DNA of 64,000 nt from an uncultured Solirubrobacteraceae bacterium (GTDB lineage Bacteria; Actinomycetota; Thermoleophilia; Solirubrobacterales; Solirubrobacteraceae): positions 1,589,209 through 1,653,208 of the forward strand of contig OY970059.1 of assembly GCA_963705235.1 (NCBI GenBank), in the 5' to 3' direction. Numbering within the stretch: the first letter of the stretch is position 1; each line of letters opens with the position of its first letter. Shown here one piece after another: positions 1-9,225 of the stretch. The notes below the pieces were generated by a model. The model was given only the letters and a program-made list of their open reading frames with translations. It had not been told where the DNA came from and ran no database searches. The position numbers and the translations under genes are program-made.

Positions 1-1
1 C

Positions 2-265
2 GAGCATCTCCTGCCTGGTGTGGGCAGCGAGCGGGCGCGCGGCCTGGCCGAGGCCGTGTCCTCAGGCAGCCTGCCCCACAGCGCGTCCCCGACCGTCGTA
101 CATGCCGCGCGCGAGGGCTTTGCACACGGTTTCTCCACGATCCTGCTCGCCGGCAGCGCGCTCGCGATCGCCGGCGCCGTGCTCGCGTTCTTGCTCGTGC
201 GCGACAGCGGCCTGCGCCACGAGGAACCGCGCGAGGAGGCCGTACCCGAGCCGGTCGCCGCCTGA
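2..265 (+). CDS. C-terminal fragment of an MFS (DHA2-like) transporter, truncated by window start
   Basis: Open frame from base 2 with a final hydrophobic helix (GFSTILLAGSALAIAGAVLAFLLVR) typical of the last TM of 14-TM drug:H+ antiporters. Confidence 0.6.
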   Translation, partial: EHLLPGVGSERARGLAEAVSSGSLPHSASPTVVHAAREGFAHGFSTILLAGSALAIAGAVLAFLLVRDSGLRHEEPREEAVPEPVAA

Positions 266-303
266 TCTGCGCGCCCGCCTGCCCTACACGCCCCCGTCCT
301 GGC

Positions 304-948
304 TCACTTCAGCACGCGGTAGTGCAGGTGCGCCACGCGCGGCGCCGCGACGACCTCAATCGGCTCCAACCGCACATCCGCGTCCGCCAGGTTGTCCAGC
401 AGTCGCATGCCGCTGCCCAGCAGTACAGGAGCCACCGTCAGCCGCAGCTCGTCCACCAGGCCACCCGCCAGGTACTGCTGGGCTGTGCTGCCGCCACCAC
501 CGAGCGACACGTCCTTGCCACCCGCAGCCTGCTTGGCCTGCTCGAGTGCCGACTCGATGCCGTCGGTCACGAAGTGAAACGTCGTGCCGCCCTGCTTCTC
601 CAGCGGCTCGCGCGCGTGATGAGTCAGCACGAACACCGGCGTGTGAAACGGCGGCTCCTCGCCCCACCAGCCATCCCACGGGTCATCGCCCCACGGCCCC
701 GGCTCGCCGCCGAACATTTTGCGGCCCATCACCGTCGCACCGGTTTGCTCCAGCGCTTCCTCCATGACCCGTGTACTCGCGTTCACCTCGCCGCCCTCGC
801 GCCCATGCGACCTGCGCCACACTGCCAGCTCGAACGCCCACTCGTGCAGCTGCTCGCCACCGATGCCGAGCGGGTGCTCGACGCTCTGATCGGGCCCCGC
901 GATGAAGCCGTCCAACGACATCGACATGTCCAGCCTCAGCTTCGTCAT
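304..948 (-). CDS. Dihydrofolate reductase / RibD C-terminal domain family protein
   Basis: MSMSLDGFIAGP N-terminus, GATVMGRKMF, VFVLTH, GGGSTAQQYL..GLVDEL..PVLLGSG motifs. Confidence 0.9.
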   Translation of the reverse strand: MTKLRLDMSMSLDGFIAGPDQSVEHPLGIGGEQLHEWAFELAVWRRSHGREGGEVNASTRVMEEALEQTGATVMGRKMFGGEPGPWGDDPWDGWWGEEPPFHTPVFVLTHHAREPLEKQGGTTFHFVTDGIESALEQAKQAAGGKDVSLGGGGSTAQQYLAGGLVDELRLTVAPVLLGSGMRLLDNLADADVRLEPIEVVAAPRVAHLHYRVLK

Positions 949-966
949 GTTGCCTCCTGTGGTCGG

Positions 967-1836
967 TCAGCCCGCCGGCGGCGCTTCAGCGCTCGCGCAC
1001 GACAATCGTGCCAGTCGTGCGCGGTAGGTGTCCATGTCGGCGTGGTTCCAGTCGGAGTGCGTCTGGTGTTGGAACGCCGGCACGAGGTCGTGATGGTAGG
1101 GCGAGGACAGGCTCTCGTTGTGGCCGATCACATCGCCCAGCGGTATGCCGTAGCGACAGCGCAACCAGCTGGTCAGCGCCAACGATGCCTCCAGCTGTGC
1201 GCGGTCATCGAGGATCTCGTTGTCTGAGGAGCCCACGTTCTCGATTCCGATCGCCGTCCAGTTCAGGCCGGTCGTGTGGCGGCAGCGCAACGACAACGGC
1301 ACGAGCTGATCGATGCGCCCGTCCGGCTCGACCAGGAAGTGCGCGCATGTGTTCGGCAGCTCGTGGAACTCGTTGTCCGGCACGTCCGGCGCGAACGTGT
1401 CAAACGCCTCCCGCGCCGTCGCCGTCTCGGTGTAGTGCTCGACGATCACCTGCGGATCGCTCAGCGTCGAGGTGTCTTCGCCGTAGTGGCGCAGCGAGTA
1501 CTCGGCCATCTCCCGCCTGCGTGCGGAGCCGTACGGGATCGGCCACTGGTGTATCGGCGGCCGCGCGGGCGTCGCGTGTGACGGTCGCGTCGGCGGTGGG
1601 GGTTTGGGTGGCTGGGTTCTCGGAGCCGGCGGCTGGGTTGCTTCAGTCGATGGCTGGGCTGAAGCCGGCGGCGGCTGGGTCGCCGAGGCCGTCGACGATG
1701 CGAGCGGGAGCGCCGTCTGGCGCTCTGAAGCGGCGCTCCCCGGCGACTTGCCCGCGCACCCGGTCATCGCGGCGAGCGCGACCAGCAGCAGCGCAAGCAC
1801 AGGCGGTCGGGAGCCGGCGGCTCGAGCGCTCGCCAT
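967..1836 (-). CDS. N-acetylmuramoyl-L-alanine amidase (Amidase_2/PGRP-like) lipoprotein
   Basis: Lipobox-like AMTGC, Pro/Thr linker, VIVEHYT, AHFLVEPDGRIDQLV, RHTTGLN..AIGIEN, VIGHNE motifs. Confidence 0.85.
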   Translation of the reverse strand: MASARAAGSRPPVLALLLVALAAMTGCAGKSPGSAASERQTALPLASSTASATQPPPASAQPSTEATQPPAPRTQPPKPPPPTRPSHATPARPPIHQWPIPYGSARRREMAEYSLRHYGEDTSTLSDPQVIVEHYTETATAREAFDTFAPDVPDNEFHELPNTCAHFLVEPDGRIDQLVPLSLRCRHTTGLNWTAIGIENVGSSDNEILDDRAQLEASLALTSWLRCRYGIPLGDVIGHNESLSSPYHHDLVPAFQHQTHSDWNHADMDTYRARLARLSCASAEAPPAG

Positions 1837-1847
1837 CGCGCGACGCG

Positions 1848-2753
1848 TTACGTGCGCCCGAGCAGGCGCGCCTGCTTGAGCCCCTGGCGTGCCATGTAGC
1901 CGTTGGCCAGCAGCAGCAGCGTCTTGTTGGAGGGCGCGCGAAAGCCGCTCTCGGTGTGCGGCGCATACATGCCCTCCGCCAGCCAGCCGGTGTGCTGGCG
2001 CGACTCCAGACCGATCAGCTTCGGCTCGTAGCGGTGCCCCAGTAGTCCCGCCCGGCGCCCGTTCGTCGGCAGCGCTCCGGCCAGTGCGATTCCGGCGTCG
2101 CTGTCCGCGCCCACGCTCACCGGCACGACCTGCGGGAATCCGTCCTCGCCCTCGTACGCCACCAGCACGTGCGGAAGACCGCGCAGGCGGAGCGCCGCAC
2201 GCGATACGTCGATCCGTGGTCCCGTGCCCTTGCCCGGCGGCCTCTGCGCGGGCGGCGGCTGCGACGGCAGCGGCCGGCCGCTCACCGTTTGCTCACCGCG
2301 GCACTCGAGGTCCGGCCACGAGACCACGCGCTCGACGCGCACGCTCACGAGCACGCGATCGGCGTAGTAGGCCTTCAGCCAGCGGTCCCAAAACACGCCC
2401 CGACGGGGTGGTCCCATGAAGCGTGCCGACGCCGGCTGCACGCGCTCGAGCAGGACCGATTCGTCAGGGTGAGCGTCATAGCTGGCCGTGCCCTGCACGA
2501 GCACGAATCGCGGCTCGCTCGCAAACCCGTGCTCGCGTGCGTGATACGCCAGTGCAACGCGCGGGTTCTGCTTGATGCGGTCGAGCTTGCGTCCGAAGCC
2601 AAGCGACGTCGTAAAGGCGACCGTCTCCGCCTCGCGATCGCGCATGCCGATCGGCGCCACCGCCGTCACCACCGCCCCGCCCGCCGGCGTCACGTACGCC
2701 AGCGCCGCCGTCAGATCGCCACCGATGATCGCGTCCTCGGCATCGGACCACAT
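1848..2753 (-). CDS. Pyridoxamine 5'-phosphate oxidase-like (split-barrel) protein
   Basis: ALAYVTPAGG, FTTSLGFGRKLDRIKQNPRVAL, FVLVQGTA motifs; start set at MWSDAED. Confidence 0.75.
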   Translation of the reverse strand: MWSDAEDAIIGGDLTAALAYVTPAGGAVVTAVAPIGMRDREAETVAFTTSLGFGRKLDRIKQNPRVALAYHAREHGFASEPRFVLVQGTASYDAHPDESVLLERVQPASARFMGPPRRGVFWDRWLKAYYADRVLVSVRVERVVSWPDLECRGEQTVSGRPLPSQPPPAQRPPGKGTGPRIDVSRAALRLRGLPHVLVAYEGEDGFPQVVPVSVGADSDAGIALAGALPTNGRRAGLLGHRYEPKLIGLESRQHTGWLAEGMYAPHTESGFRAPSNKTLLLLANGYMARQGLKQARLLGRT

Positions 2754-2797
2754 CGCGCGACCATACCCCACCGCCGTCGCGGGCGGGCAGCCGCGCC

Positions 2798-4564
2798 TCA
2801 GCGCAACGTGAAGGTGCGTAGCGCCGGCGTCGCGTCCACGCCCACCGCGTTCACAGCGCGCACCAGGAACGTGTATCTGCCCGATCTCAGGTGCGTGTAG
2901 CCGTGTGGCGCGCGGCAAGGGCTGAACTTCGACCTTGGTCTGGTTGCTCTGGCGCGAGCCGGTCGGATCAGCTTGCACTGAAAACCGCTCGCGCCCACCG
3001 CCGTGAAGCTGAAGCGGGCTGTGTGCCCGCTGGCGCTGATCGCTGATCTTGCGATCCTCGTATGTGTCGGGCGCGCCGGTCCCGGCGCCGTCGCTGAGCC
3101 TGGGGTCGTGGCACCTGTCGCCGTGCCGGCCGGCGGGGAGTCCTCGGATGAGCGCGAGTCAGCCGATGGGGTCGAAGAACCCGAGCCCGGCGTCGGCGTC
3201 GGCTGTGTGCCTTCGCCCGCCGGTGGGCGGGCGGACGCTTCGCTGATCACCATCCCCTGTCGCGAGTTGTCGTTGTCGCCGTAGGTGCCCACCAGCACAC
3301 ACCGTCCCGAAGCCGGGCACGCAGCCGACCACAGCGCGTCGGCGATGCTGCCCTTGTTCGATGGCGGCAGGATCTGCTGGGAGGCAGTCCACACGCCTTC
3401 GGACTCGACCGTCGCCAGCGCGATCGTGCTGCCTTCGTAGGTGCCGCCCGCCACACACTCGCCGGCTCGAATGCACGCGAGCGCGTGAACGCGCGATCGT
3501 GGATCTCCCGGCGCGTTCGCAGGCGCGGTGATCCGGCGCTCCTGACCCCACGTCCCAGACGTTTCGGCGGCGACCATCGCCTGCTGGTGCTCGGAGTTGT
3601 CGGTGTACATCCCGCCCGCCACGCACGCACCCATCGCCGGGCACGCAATCGTCGAGAAGCCAGATTCGGCGCTCACGCCGCTGCCGTCGTCTGGTTCGGC
3701 GATCGTCGCCTGCGTCGCCGACCCCGATTCGCCCAGCACCATCGTCAGGTAGTCGCCCAGTCCGTCGGGATAGCCGCCGACTGCCTCACAGCCACCGGAT
3801 TGCACACACGAGATCGACACGAGCGATGGCAGCTTGGCCGTTTCCGCGTGTTCAGGGCGAACGGTGCCCGGCCCTTCCGGGTAGTAGGCACTCCCGGGTG
3901 TCGCCGCGCCCGCGGGCAGCGTCACCTCGCTCGCCTGCCCCCACACGCCGCCGCCCTCCGCCACGGCCATCGGACGCTGGTAGCCCAGGCCGCCACTTGT
4001 CGGCGAGTCGTCCTGGTAGAAGCCCACCGCCAGGCACGACCCCGGCGCGGTGCACCCCACCGACACCAGCGACGCCGCCGGTTCGCCAGCGGCGTTCACC
4101 GGCAGTGCGATCTTGCTTGCCCGTCCCCATACGCCGTTCTGCTCCTCGACCACCATCGGCTGCAGGCCGCCTTTCGCGGTGACCGTGTACGAGCCCACCG
4201 CCACGCACGAGCCGATGCCCGTACACGCCACCGATGTCAGGTACGCGGTGAACTGAACCGCGTCGGGCGGCAGTTCGATCTCGCTCGCCTGCCCCCACGA
4301 GCCCCCCGACTCACTCGCCACCATCGCTTGAGAGTCGATCGAGGCGTCCAGATATTCGCCCACCGCTACGCACTCGCCGTCCGCCGGACATGCGACTCCA
4401 TATAGCCCGCCCTGAGGATGGCTGTAGCCGTTCGACGGCGTGAAGATCTCGCTCGCCGGCGTCCATGTCGCGGCAGCGGCCGCCCCGCTGCCCAGCGCCC
4501 CCGCGGCAAGACTGAGCGCCCCCGCGGCCAGGAACGCCAACACCCGTGCAACTGCTGCTCGCAT
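2798..4564 (-). CDS. Secreted Cys-repeat beta-propeller-like protein with C-terminal FN3/Ig-like domain
   Basis: Signal peptide, seven repeats of (L)xx(V)xC-x4-C(V)xxGxY, P/T/S linker, C-terminal FQCKL..FSPC..YTFLVRAVN. Confidence 0.75.
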   Translation of the reverse strand: MRAAVARVLAFLAAGALSLAAGALGSGAAAAATWTPASEIFTPSNGYSHPQGGLYGVACPADGECVAVGEYLDASIDSQAMVASESGGSWGQASEIELPPDAVQFTAYLTSVACTGIGSCVAVGSYTVTAKGGLQPMVVEEQNGVWGRASKIALPVNAAGEPAASLVSVGCTAPGSCLAVGFYQDDSPTSGGLGYQRPMAVAEGGGVWGQASEVTLPAGAATPGSAYYPEGPGTVRPEHAETAKLPSLVSISCVQSGGCEAVGGYPDGLGDYLTMVLGESGSATQATIAEPDDGSGVSAESGFSTIACPAMGACVAGGMYTDNSEHQQAMVAAETSGTWGQERRITAPANAPGDPRSRVHALACIRAGECVAGGTYEGSTIALATVESEGVWTASQQILPPSNKGSIADALWSAACPASGRCVLVGTYGDNDNSRQGMVISEASARPPAGEGTQPTPTPGSGSSTPSADSRSSEDSPPAGTATGATTPGSATAPGPARPTHTRIARSAISASGHTARFSFTAVGASGFQCKLIRPARARATRPRSKFSPCRAPHGYTHLRSGRYTFLVRAVNAVGVDATPALRTFTLR

Positions 4565-4643
4565 CACCGTTGCAGCATCGGCTGCCGACGCCGGCTGCGT
4601 GAGCTTGCAAGCGTCCACCTGGAAAACTCAGGTGGTGCCGAGC

Positions 4644-5144
4644 ATGAGAGTCGCCACAGCAGCAGACGCCGAGGAGGTGGCGCGCCTGCACGTCCGCTCC
4701 TGGCAGTCCGCCTACCGTGGGTTGCTACCCGCCGAGTACCTCGATGGGCTGCGCTGGCGAGACCGCGCCGAGCGTTACCAGTTCGACGTCGTCGGCCCCG
4801 ACCAGCCGATGACCGTCGTCGCCCTCGACGGCGGCGCGATCCGCGGGTTCGCCACCACCGGTCCCGCGCGCGACGCCGACGCCGAGGGCAGCGGCGAGCT
4901 GATCGCGATCTACGTCGATCCCGATCGGTGGGGCGCCGGCATTGGGCGGCTGCTGATCGCGGACGCGCGCGAACGTCTGCACACACGCGGCTTCGTCGAA
5001 GCGATCGTTTGGGTTTTGGCCGGCAACCGGCGCGCCGAACGCTTCTATCGGATCGACGGCTGGGCCCCCGACGGCAGCGGCCGTGGCGAGGACCACTGGG
5101 GCGTGGCTGCCGACGAGGTTCGCTACCGTCGCCCGCTGCCGTGA
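4644..5144 (+). CDS. GNAT family N-acetyltransferase
   Basis: VARLHVRSWQSAY, ELIAIYVDPDRWGAGIGRLL, VWVLAGNRRAERFYRIDGW. Confidence 0.9.
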   Translation: MRVATAADAEEVARLHVRSWQSAYRGLLPAEYLDGLRWRDRAERYQFDVVGPDQPMTVVALDGGAIRGFATTGPARDADAEGSGELIAIYVDPDRWGAGIGRLLIADARERLHTRGFVEAIVWVLAGNRRAERFYRIDGWAPDGSGRGEDHWGVAADEVRYRRPLP

Positions 5145-5337
5145 GCCCGCGCCCGCGCAGATAGCTCCGCACGTACCTCCGCACGCCTTTGGACTGAACG
5201 CCGCATGAGTGTTTCTGGACGTTCGTTCTACCCCCGCCGAGCACCCTGCTCAACTGAGCGCCGCCTGCCGATCAACACGTGTATGCCTCGGTGCAGCGAC
5301 ACACGCCGCACACCCCGAGTTCCAGGAGGGGATGACG

Positions 5338-5745
5338 ATGCTCAGCCGCGCTGACAGTACAAACACTCCACTGCCGATCCCACCGGCGTTCGGGATCGCC
5401 CGACGCGATCTCGATGCCGGCACGAGCCTGATCTCTGTGCAGGGTGACCTCGATCTCTCGACTGCGCCGCGGCTGAAGTGGGAGCTGGTGGACTCGCTCG
5501 AAGCCGGACGGCGCCAGCTGATCGTCGACCTGTCCGCGACCACGTTCATGGATTCAACTGCGCTTGGCGTCCTGATCGGCGTCAACAGGGGCCTCGACGT
5601 TGGCGCTCGGCTGGCGATCGTGTGCTCGTCCTCCACCGTGCTGAAGATCTTCGAGCTGTCCGGCATGGACGGCGCGTTTGCGATCTTCGACACGCTCGAG
5701 CAGGCCGTCGCGCACGCTCAGCGCGAGGACCCCGACGCATCTTGA
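5338..5745 (+). CDS. STAS-domain anti-sigma factor antagonist (RsbV-like)
   Basis: ISVQGDLDLSTAPRL, LIVDLSATTFMDSTALGVL with conserved phospho-Ser; AGGAGG RBS at 5324-5329. Confidence 0.9.
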   Translation: MLSRADSTNTPLPIPPAFGIARRDLDAGTSLISVQGDLDLSTAPRLKWELVDSLEAGRRQLIVDLSATTFMDSTALGVLIGVNRGLDVGARLAIVCSSSTVLKIFELSGMDGAFAIFDTLEQAVAHAQREDPDAS

Positions 5746-5764
5746 GGAGGCGAAGGACGCGGGC

Positions 5765-7936
5765 ATGAGGACCGACAACGCCAGACCCAGGTCACCGGAT
5801 CACGCGAACTCGCGGCTGAGGTCGTTCATCGCCGGTGGCTGCTGTGTCATCTGTCTCGCCTCGATCCCCGTCACCACCGCCTCCTCCGCTCGCACTCGCG
5901 CCAACTCGACCTCCCCCGCCACGAGCCAGACGACGTCGCAGCCGTCGAGTTCACCATCGGGCGCGCACCGGGATGGCGAAGGCGCGTCAGGCACGCCGGC
6001 CGGCAACGGGCCGGCACCTTCCAGCGCCGGCAAGCGCGCGAAGGGCGCCCCCGCCGACGGTCACGCCACACACGGTCACGAAGCCCCCACGGGCGCCGGC
6101 GCGCCGCAATCTGGAGCCGGCGGTCAGGGAGCGCAAGGCGCGGAGGACGGCCAGCGCGGTGACGGCCGCCACCACGATGCGCACAGTCGTCAGGATGGTT
6201 CGAGCGCGGGCGGATCGGGGAGTCGCGCGGACGGACGCAAAATCGCCGGCGGTCGCGTCCGCTCCACGGGCGGCGTGTCCGGTCCAGCCGTCCGACAGGT
6301 CACGGGCGTGCTGCCGGCCGCGCGCACGAGCAAACCGGTCCGCGAAAAAGGCCCCGGCCATCAAAAAGAAAAAACCAAAGAACCCAAAGGCGGCAAACAA
6401 CCCAAACAGCACGAACGCGGCAACAAAGGCCACGAAACGCCGCCCGTTGAAACGCCCAAGTCGGGTGGCGGCTCGAGCGCCAGCTCGGACGCACCGCAGG
6501 CCACCGCCGCCGTCGCAGCCAACCCCGTCGGCGACAGCGCGCCGGCCGCGCCCGCCGCCGGCCAGGCGCCGGCCGGTGCGGACATCTCGACGCCCGCCGT
6601 CTCCCGTCGCGCGGCCCAGCATTCGACGCACGCCCGACGTGCGCGTGCCAACGCGCGCGCCGGTCGAGCGGGCTATGCGTTCGCGTCGGCGGCGCCCGTG
6701 CGGAGCATCGGCTCTGCCGGGGCCCAGCGGGTGCCTGCTGGGCACGGCCACCAGCGCGGGCACAAGTCCCCTACACAGGTCACCTCGCCGCTGACCACGA
6801 CCATCACGAAGATCGTCGGCGTCGTGCCGACGCCCGTGAGAGTCTTGATCGCGGGCCTGGTCGCGCTCGCGCTCGCGCTCGCCGCGCGCTCTGGCGCGAT
6901 GGCGTTGCGCGCGCGCCGGCTGGAGCGCCAGCGCGCGCAACTGCTCGAGGACGTCGGGTTGCTGCAGGCCGCGCTGCTGCCCGTCCCGCCCGAGCGGATC
7001 GGTCCGGTCGGAACGTCCGTGGCCTACCAGCCGGCGGCCGGGCCGGGAGCGGGTGGCGACTTCTACGACGTGTTCGCGCTCGAGGACGGACGCGTGGCGG
7101 TGATCGTCGGCGACGTCTCCGGCCATGGGCGGCGCGCACTGCCGCACACCGCGCTGCTGCGATACACGCTGCGCGCGTATCTCGAGGCGGGGCTGTCGCC
7201 GCGCGAAGCTGTGCAGACCGCCGGATCGGTGCTCGACCATCAGCTCGAAGGGCTGTTCGCGACGGTCGTGGCGGGTGTATACGACCCGCGCGAGCGGGTG
7301 CTCGTGTACTCCTGCGCGGGCCACCCGCCGCCGGTAATGCTCAGCGGCGAGGGCTGCCCGCCCTCGATCGCGCCGGTGACCGCCTGCTCGGCGCCGCCGA
7401 TCGGCGTGGGCATGCGCACGGGAACCCGCCAGACGTCGGTGTCGGTGCCCGGCGGCTCGCGGCTGTGCTTCTACACCGACGGTGTGACCGAGGCGCGCGT
7501 CGGCTCCGAGTTGTTCGGCTCCCAGCGGCTGGCCGACGCGCTCGTCCAACCGGCGCTCGCGTCCAGTGCTTCTGCGATCCTCGATCGCGTGGTGCATCAA
7601 GCGGACGCGCACCCCGACGACATGGCCGCCTGCCTGCTCAGCGTGGAGGGCGGCGATGGTGCTCCGAGCGTGATCGTCGAGGAGCTGGAGGTCGACCGCG
7701 AGCAGGCCGGCAGCGAGCGCACCGCACAGTTCCTGCACGACTGCGGCATGGCTGTCGCGGACGTGGCCGATGCGGCACGAGCGGCACGAGCCGCCGCTGG
7801 GCCGGCCGGCACCGTCGTGCTCGAGTTGCGGCGCAGCGCCTGCGGCCCGGCACTGACGCTACGGCGCGAGCACCTGGCCTTCGTTCACCAGCCACGCGAT
7901 CGTGAGCCGATCGCACAGGCGCAGGTAGCGTTGTGA
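5765..7936 (+). CDS. Membrane-anchored PP2C/SpoIIE-type phosphatase with long low-complexity N-terminal region
   Basis: LQAALLP, GGDFYDVF, VIVGDVSGHG, FATV, CAGHPPP, FYTDGVTEAR, DDMAACL motifs; TM before phosphatase domain. Confidence 0.9.
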   Translation: MRTDNARPRSPDHANSRLRSFIAGGCCVICLASIPVTTASSARTRANSTSPATSQTTSQPSSSPSGAHRDGEGASGTPAGNGPAPSSAGKRAKGAPADGHATHGHEAPTGAGAPQSGAGGQGAQGAEDGQRGDGRHHDAHSRQDGSSAGGSGSRADGRKIAGGRVRSTGGVSGPAVRQVTGVLPAARTSKPVREKGPGHQKEKTKEPKGGKQPKQHERGNKGHETPPVETPKSGGGSSASSDAPQATAAVAANPVGDSAPAAPAAGQAPAGADISTPAVSRRAAQHSTHARRARANARAGRAGYAFASAAPVRSIGSAGAQRVPAGHGHQRGHKSPTQVTSPLTTTITKIVGVVPTPVRVLIAGLVALALALAARSGAMALRARRLERQRAQLLEDVGLLQAALLPVPPERIGPVGTSVAYQPAAGPGAGGDFYDVFALEDGRVAVIVGDVSGHGRRALPHTALLRYTLRAYLEAGLSPREAVQTAGSVLDHQLEGLFATVVAGVYDPRERVLVYSCAGHPPPVMLSGEGCPPSIAPVTACSAPPIGVGMRTGTRQTSVSVPGGSRLCFYTDGVTEARVGSELFGSQRLADALVQPALASSASAILDRVVHQADAHPDDMAACLLSVEGGDGAPSVIVEELEVDREQAGSERTAQFLHDCGMAVADVADAARAARAAAGPAGTVVLELRRSACGPALTLRREHLAFVHQPRDREPIAQAQVAL

Positions 7937-8376
7937 GCGCTGGCGCGGCCGTCGCCCCCGACGCAGCGATCGTGCTTGGCATCGCCTCGACGGCGCTGCC
8001 GTTTGCGCGCACGCCCGAAGCCGAGGTCGAGCGCTGGTTGCGTCTGTTGCGTCTGCACGGCGAGGTCGGCAGCGCGCTGCAGTCGATCGGCGTCAGCGAG
8101 GGCGCGCTGCCCGAGCAGGAGCACCCCGCGGACCCCCAGCGCCAGGCGGCGCCCGCCGGCAGCGGCGAGCGCGACGCGGTCGCGCAAGTCACCGAGCAGG
8201 CTGTGCGCATCGCCGCTGATCGCGGCGTGCCGATGCTGGCCACCACCGACGTGTTGCTAGGCGTGATGGACGTGTACGGCGAGGACTTCGATCGCGTCCT
8301 GCGCGCGCATGGAACCGACCGCGAAGAGGTGCTCGAGCGGCTCGGTCTCCAAGACGGCGGTTCCGCTGAGGGCTGA
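7933..8376 (+). CDS. Stand-alone Clp N-terminal (double Clp_N repeat)-like protein
   Basis: Two degenerate Clp repeats (WLRLLRLHGEVGSALQSIGV; TTDVLLGVM..DRVLRAHGTDREEVLERL); GTGA overlap with upstream stop. Confidence 0.55.
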   Translation: MSAGAAVAPDAAIVLGIASTALPFARTPEAEVERWLRLLRLHGEVGSALQSIGVSEGALPEQEHPADPQRQAAPAGSGERDAVAQVTEQAVRIAADRGVPMLATTDVLLGVMDVYGEDFDRVLRAHGTDREEVLERLGLQDGGSAEG

Positions 8377-8471
8377 TCTGGCCCGCGCCGCATGTCTGCT
8401 CCTGTCAGTCACTGAGGCCGTCTAGATCCGTAGCATCGCCGGCGTAGGTGTCAACAGACCAGGAGGCCACC

Positions 8472-9185
8472 ATGCCCCAGCCGGTTACCTATCAGCTCGA
8501 CGGGCCGATCGCCACGATCACGATGGACGACGGCAAGGTCAACGCGCTGTCGATCTCGATGCTCCGTGAGGTCCACTCGGCGTTCGACCAGGCCGAGCGG
8601 GATGGCGCGGTGGTGATCTTCACCGGTCGAGAGAAGTTCTTCTCCGCGGGCTTCGACCTCAATGTGTTCTCCGCTGGCCTTGAGCCAACGCTCGAGATGC
8701 TGACGCTCGGCGCCACGCTCGCCGAGCGCATGCTCGGCTTTGCGCGGCCGGTGGTGGTGGCTTGCAACGGCCACGCCGTCGCCGCCGGCTCGTTCCTTAC
8801 GCTCGCGGCCGACCTGCGCATCGGGTGCGAGGGGCCGTTCAAGCTCGGCCTCAACGAGGTGGCCATCGGTCTGACCGTGCCGTGGTTCGCGATCGAGCTG
8901 GCACGCCAGCGTCTGACGCCCGCGCACTTCGATCGCGCGGTCGTCAGCGCCACCATGTACGGGCCCGACGAGGCGGTTCAGGCGGGCCTGCTCGACCGCG
9001 TTGTGCCCACAGCCCAGCTCGCGGACGCCGCACGCGAGGCCGCCGCCGGACTGGCCGAGCTGAACGTGCAAGCGCACACCGCCACCAAGCTGCGCGCCCG
9101 CGCCGGCGCGCTGGCCGCGGTGCGCAGCGCGATCGAGACTGAGCTGACCGCGGAGGGTCTGGGCGCGGCAAGCGCGCCCGTGTGA
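8472..9185 (+). CDS. Crotonase / enoyl-CoA hydratase family protein
   Basis: ITMDDGKVNAL, FSAGFDL, VVVACNGHAVAAGSFL, GLNEVAIG; AGGAGG RBS at 8461. Confidence 0.9.
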   Translation: MPQPVTYQLDGPIATITMDDGKVNALSISMLREVHSAFDQAERDGAVVIFTGREKFFSAGFDLNVFSAGLEPTLEMLTLGATLAERMLGFARPVVVACNGHAVAAGSFLTLAADLRIGCEGPFKLGLNEVAIGLTVPWFAIELARQRLTPAHFDRAVVSATMYGPDEAVQAGLLDRVVPTAQLADAAREAAAGLAELNVQAHTATKLRARAGALAAVRSAIETELTAEGLGAASAPV

Positions 9186-9225
9186 CGGCGCCTCGCCCAA
9201 GCGCCTCGCGCGGGCGCGTCGCGCG

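Noticed and set aside
8405-8415. TCAGT-C-ACTGA palindrome upstream of the crotonase
   Set aside because: Only 5-bp arms and no adjacent regulator; chance cannot be excluded
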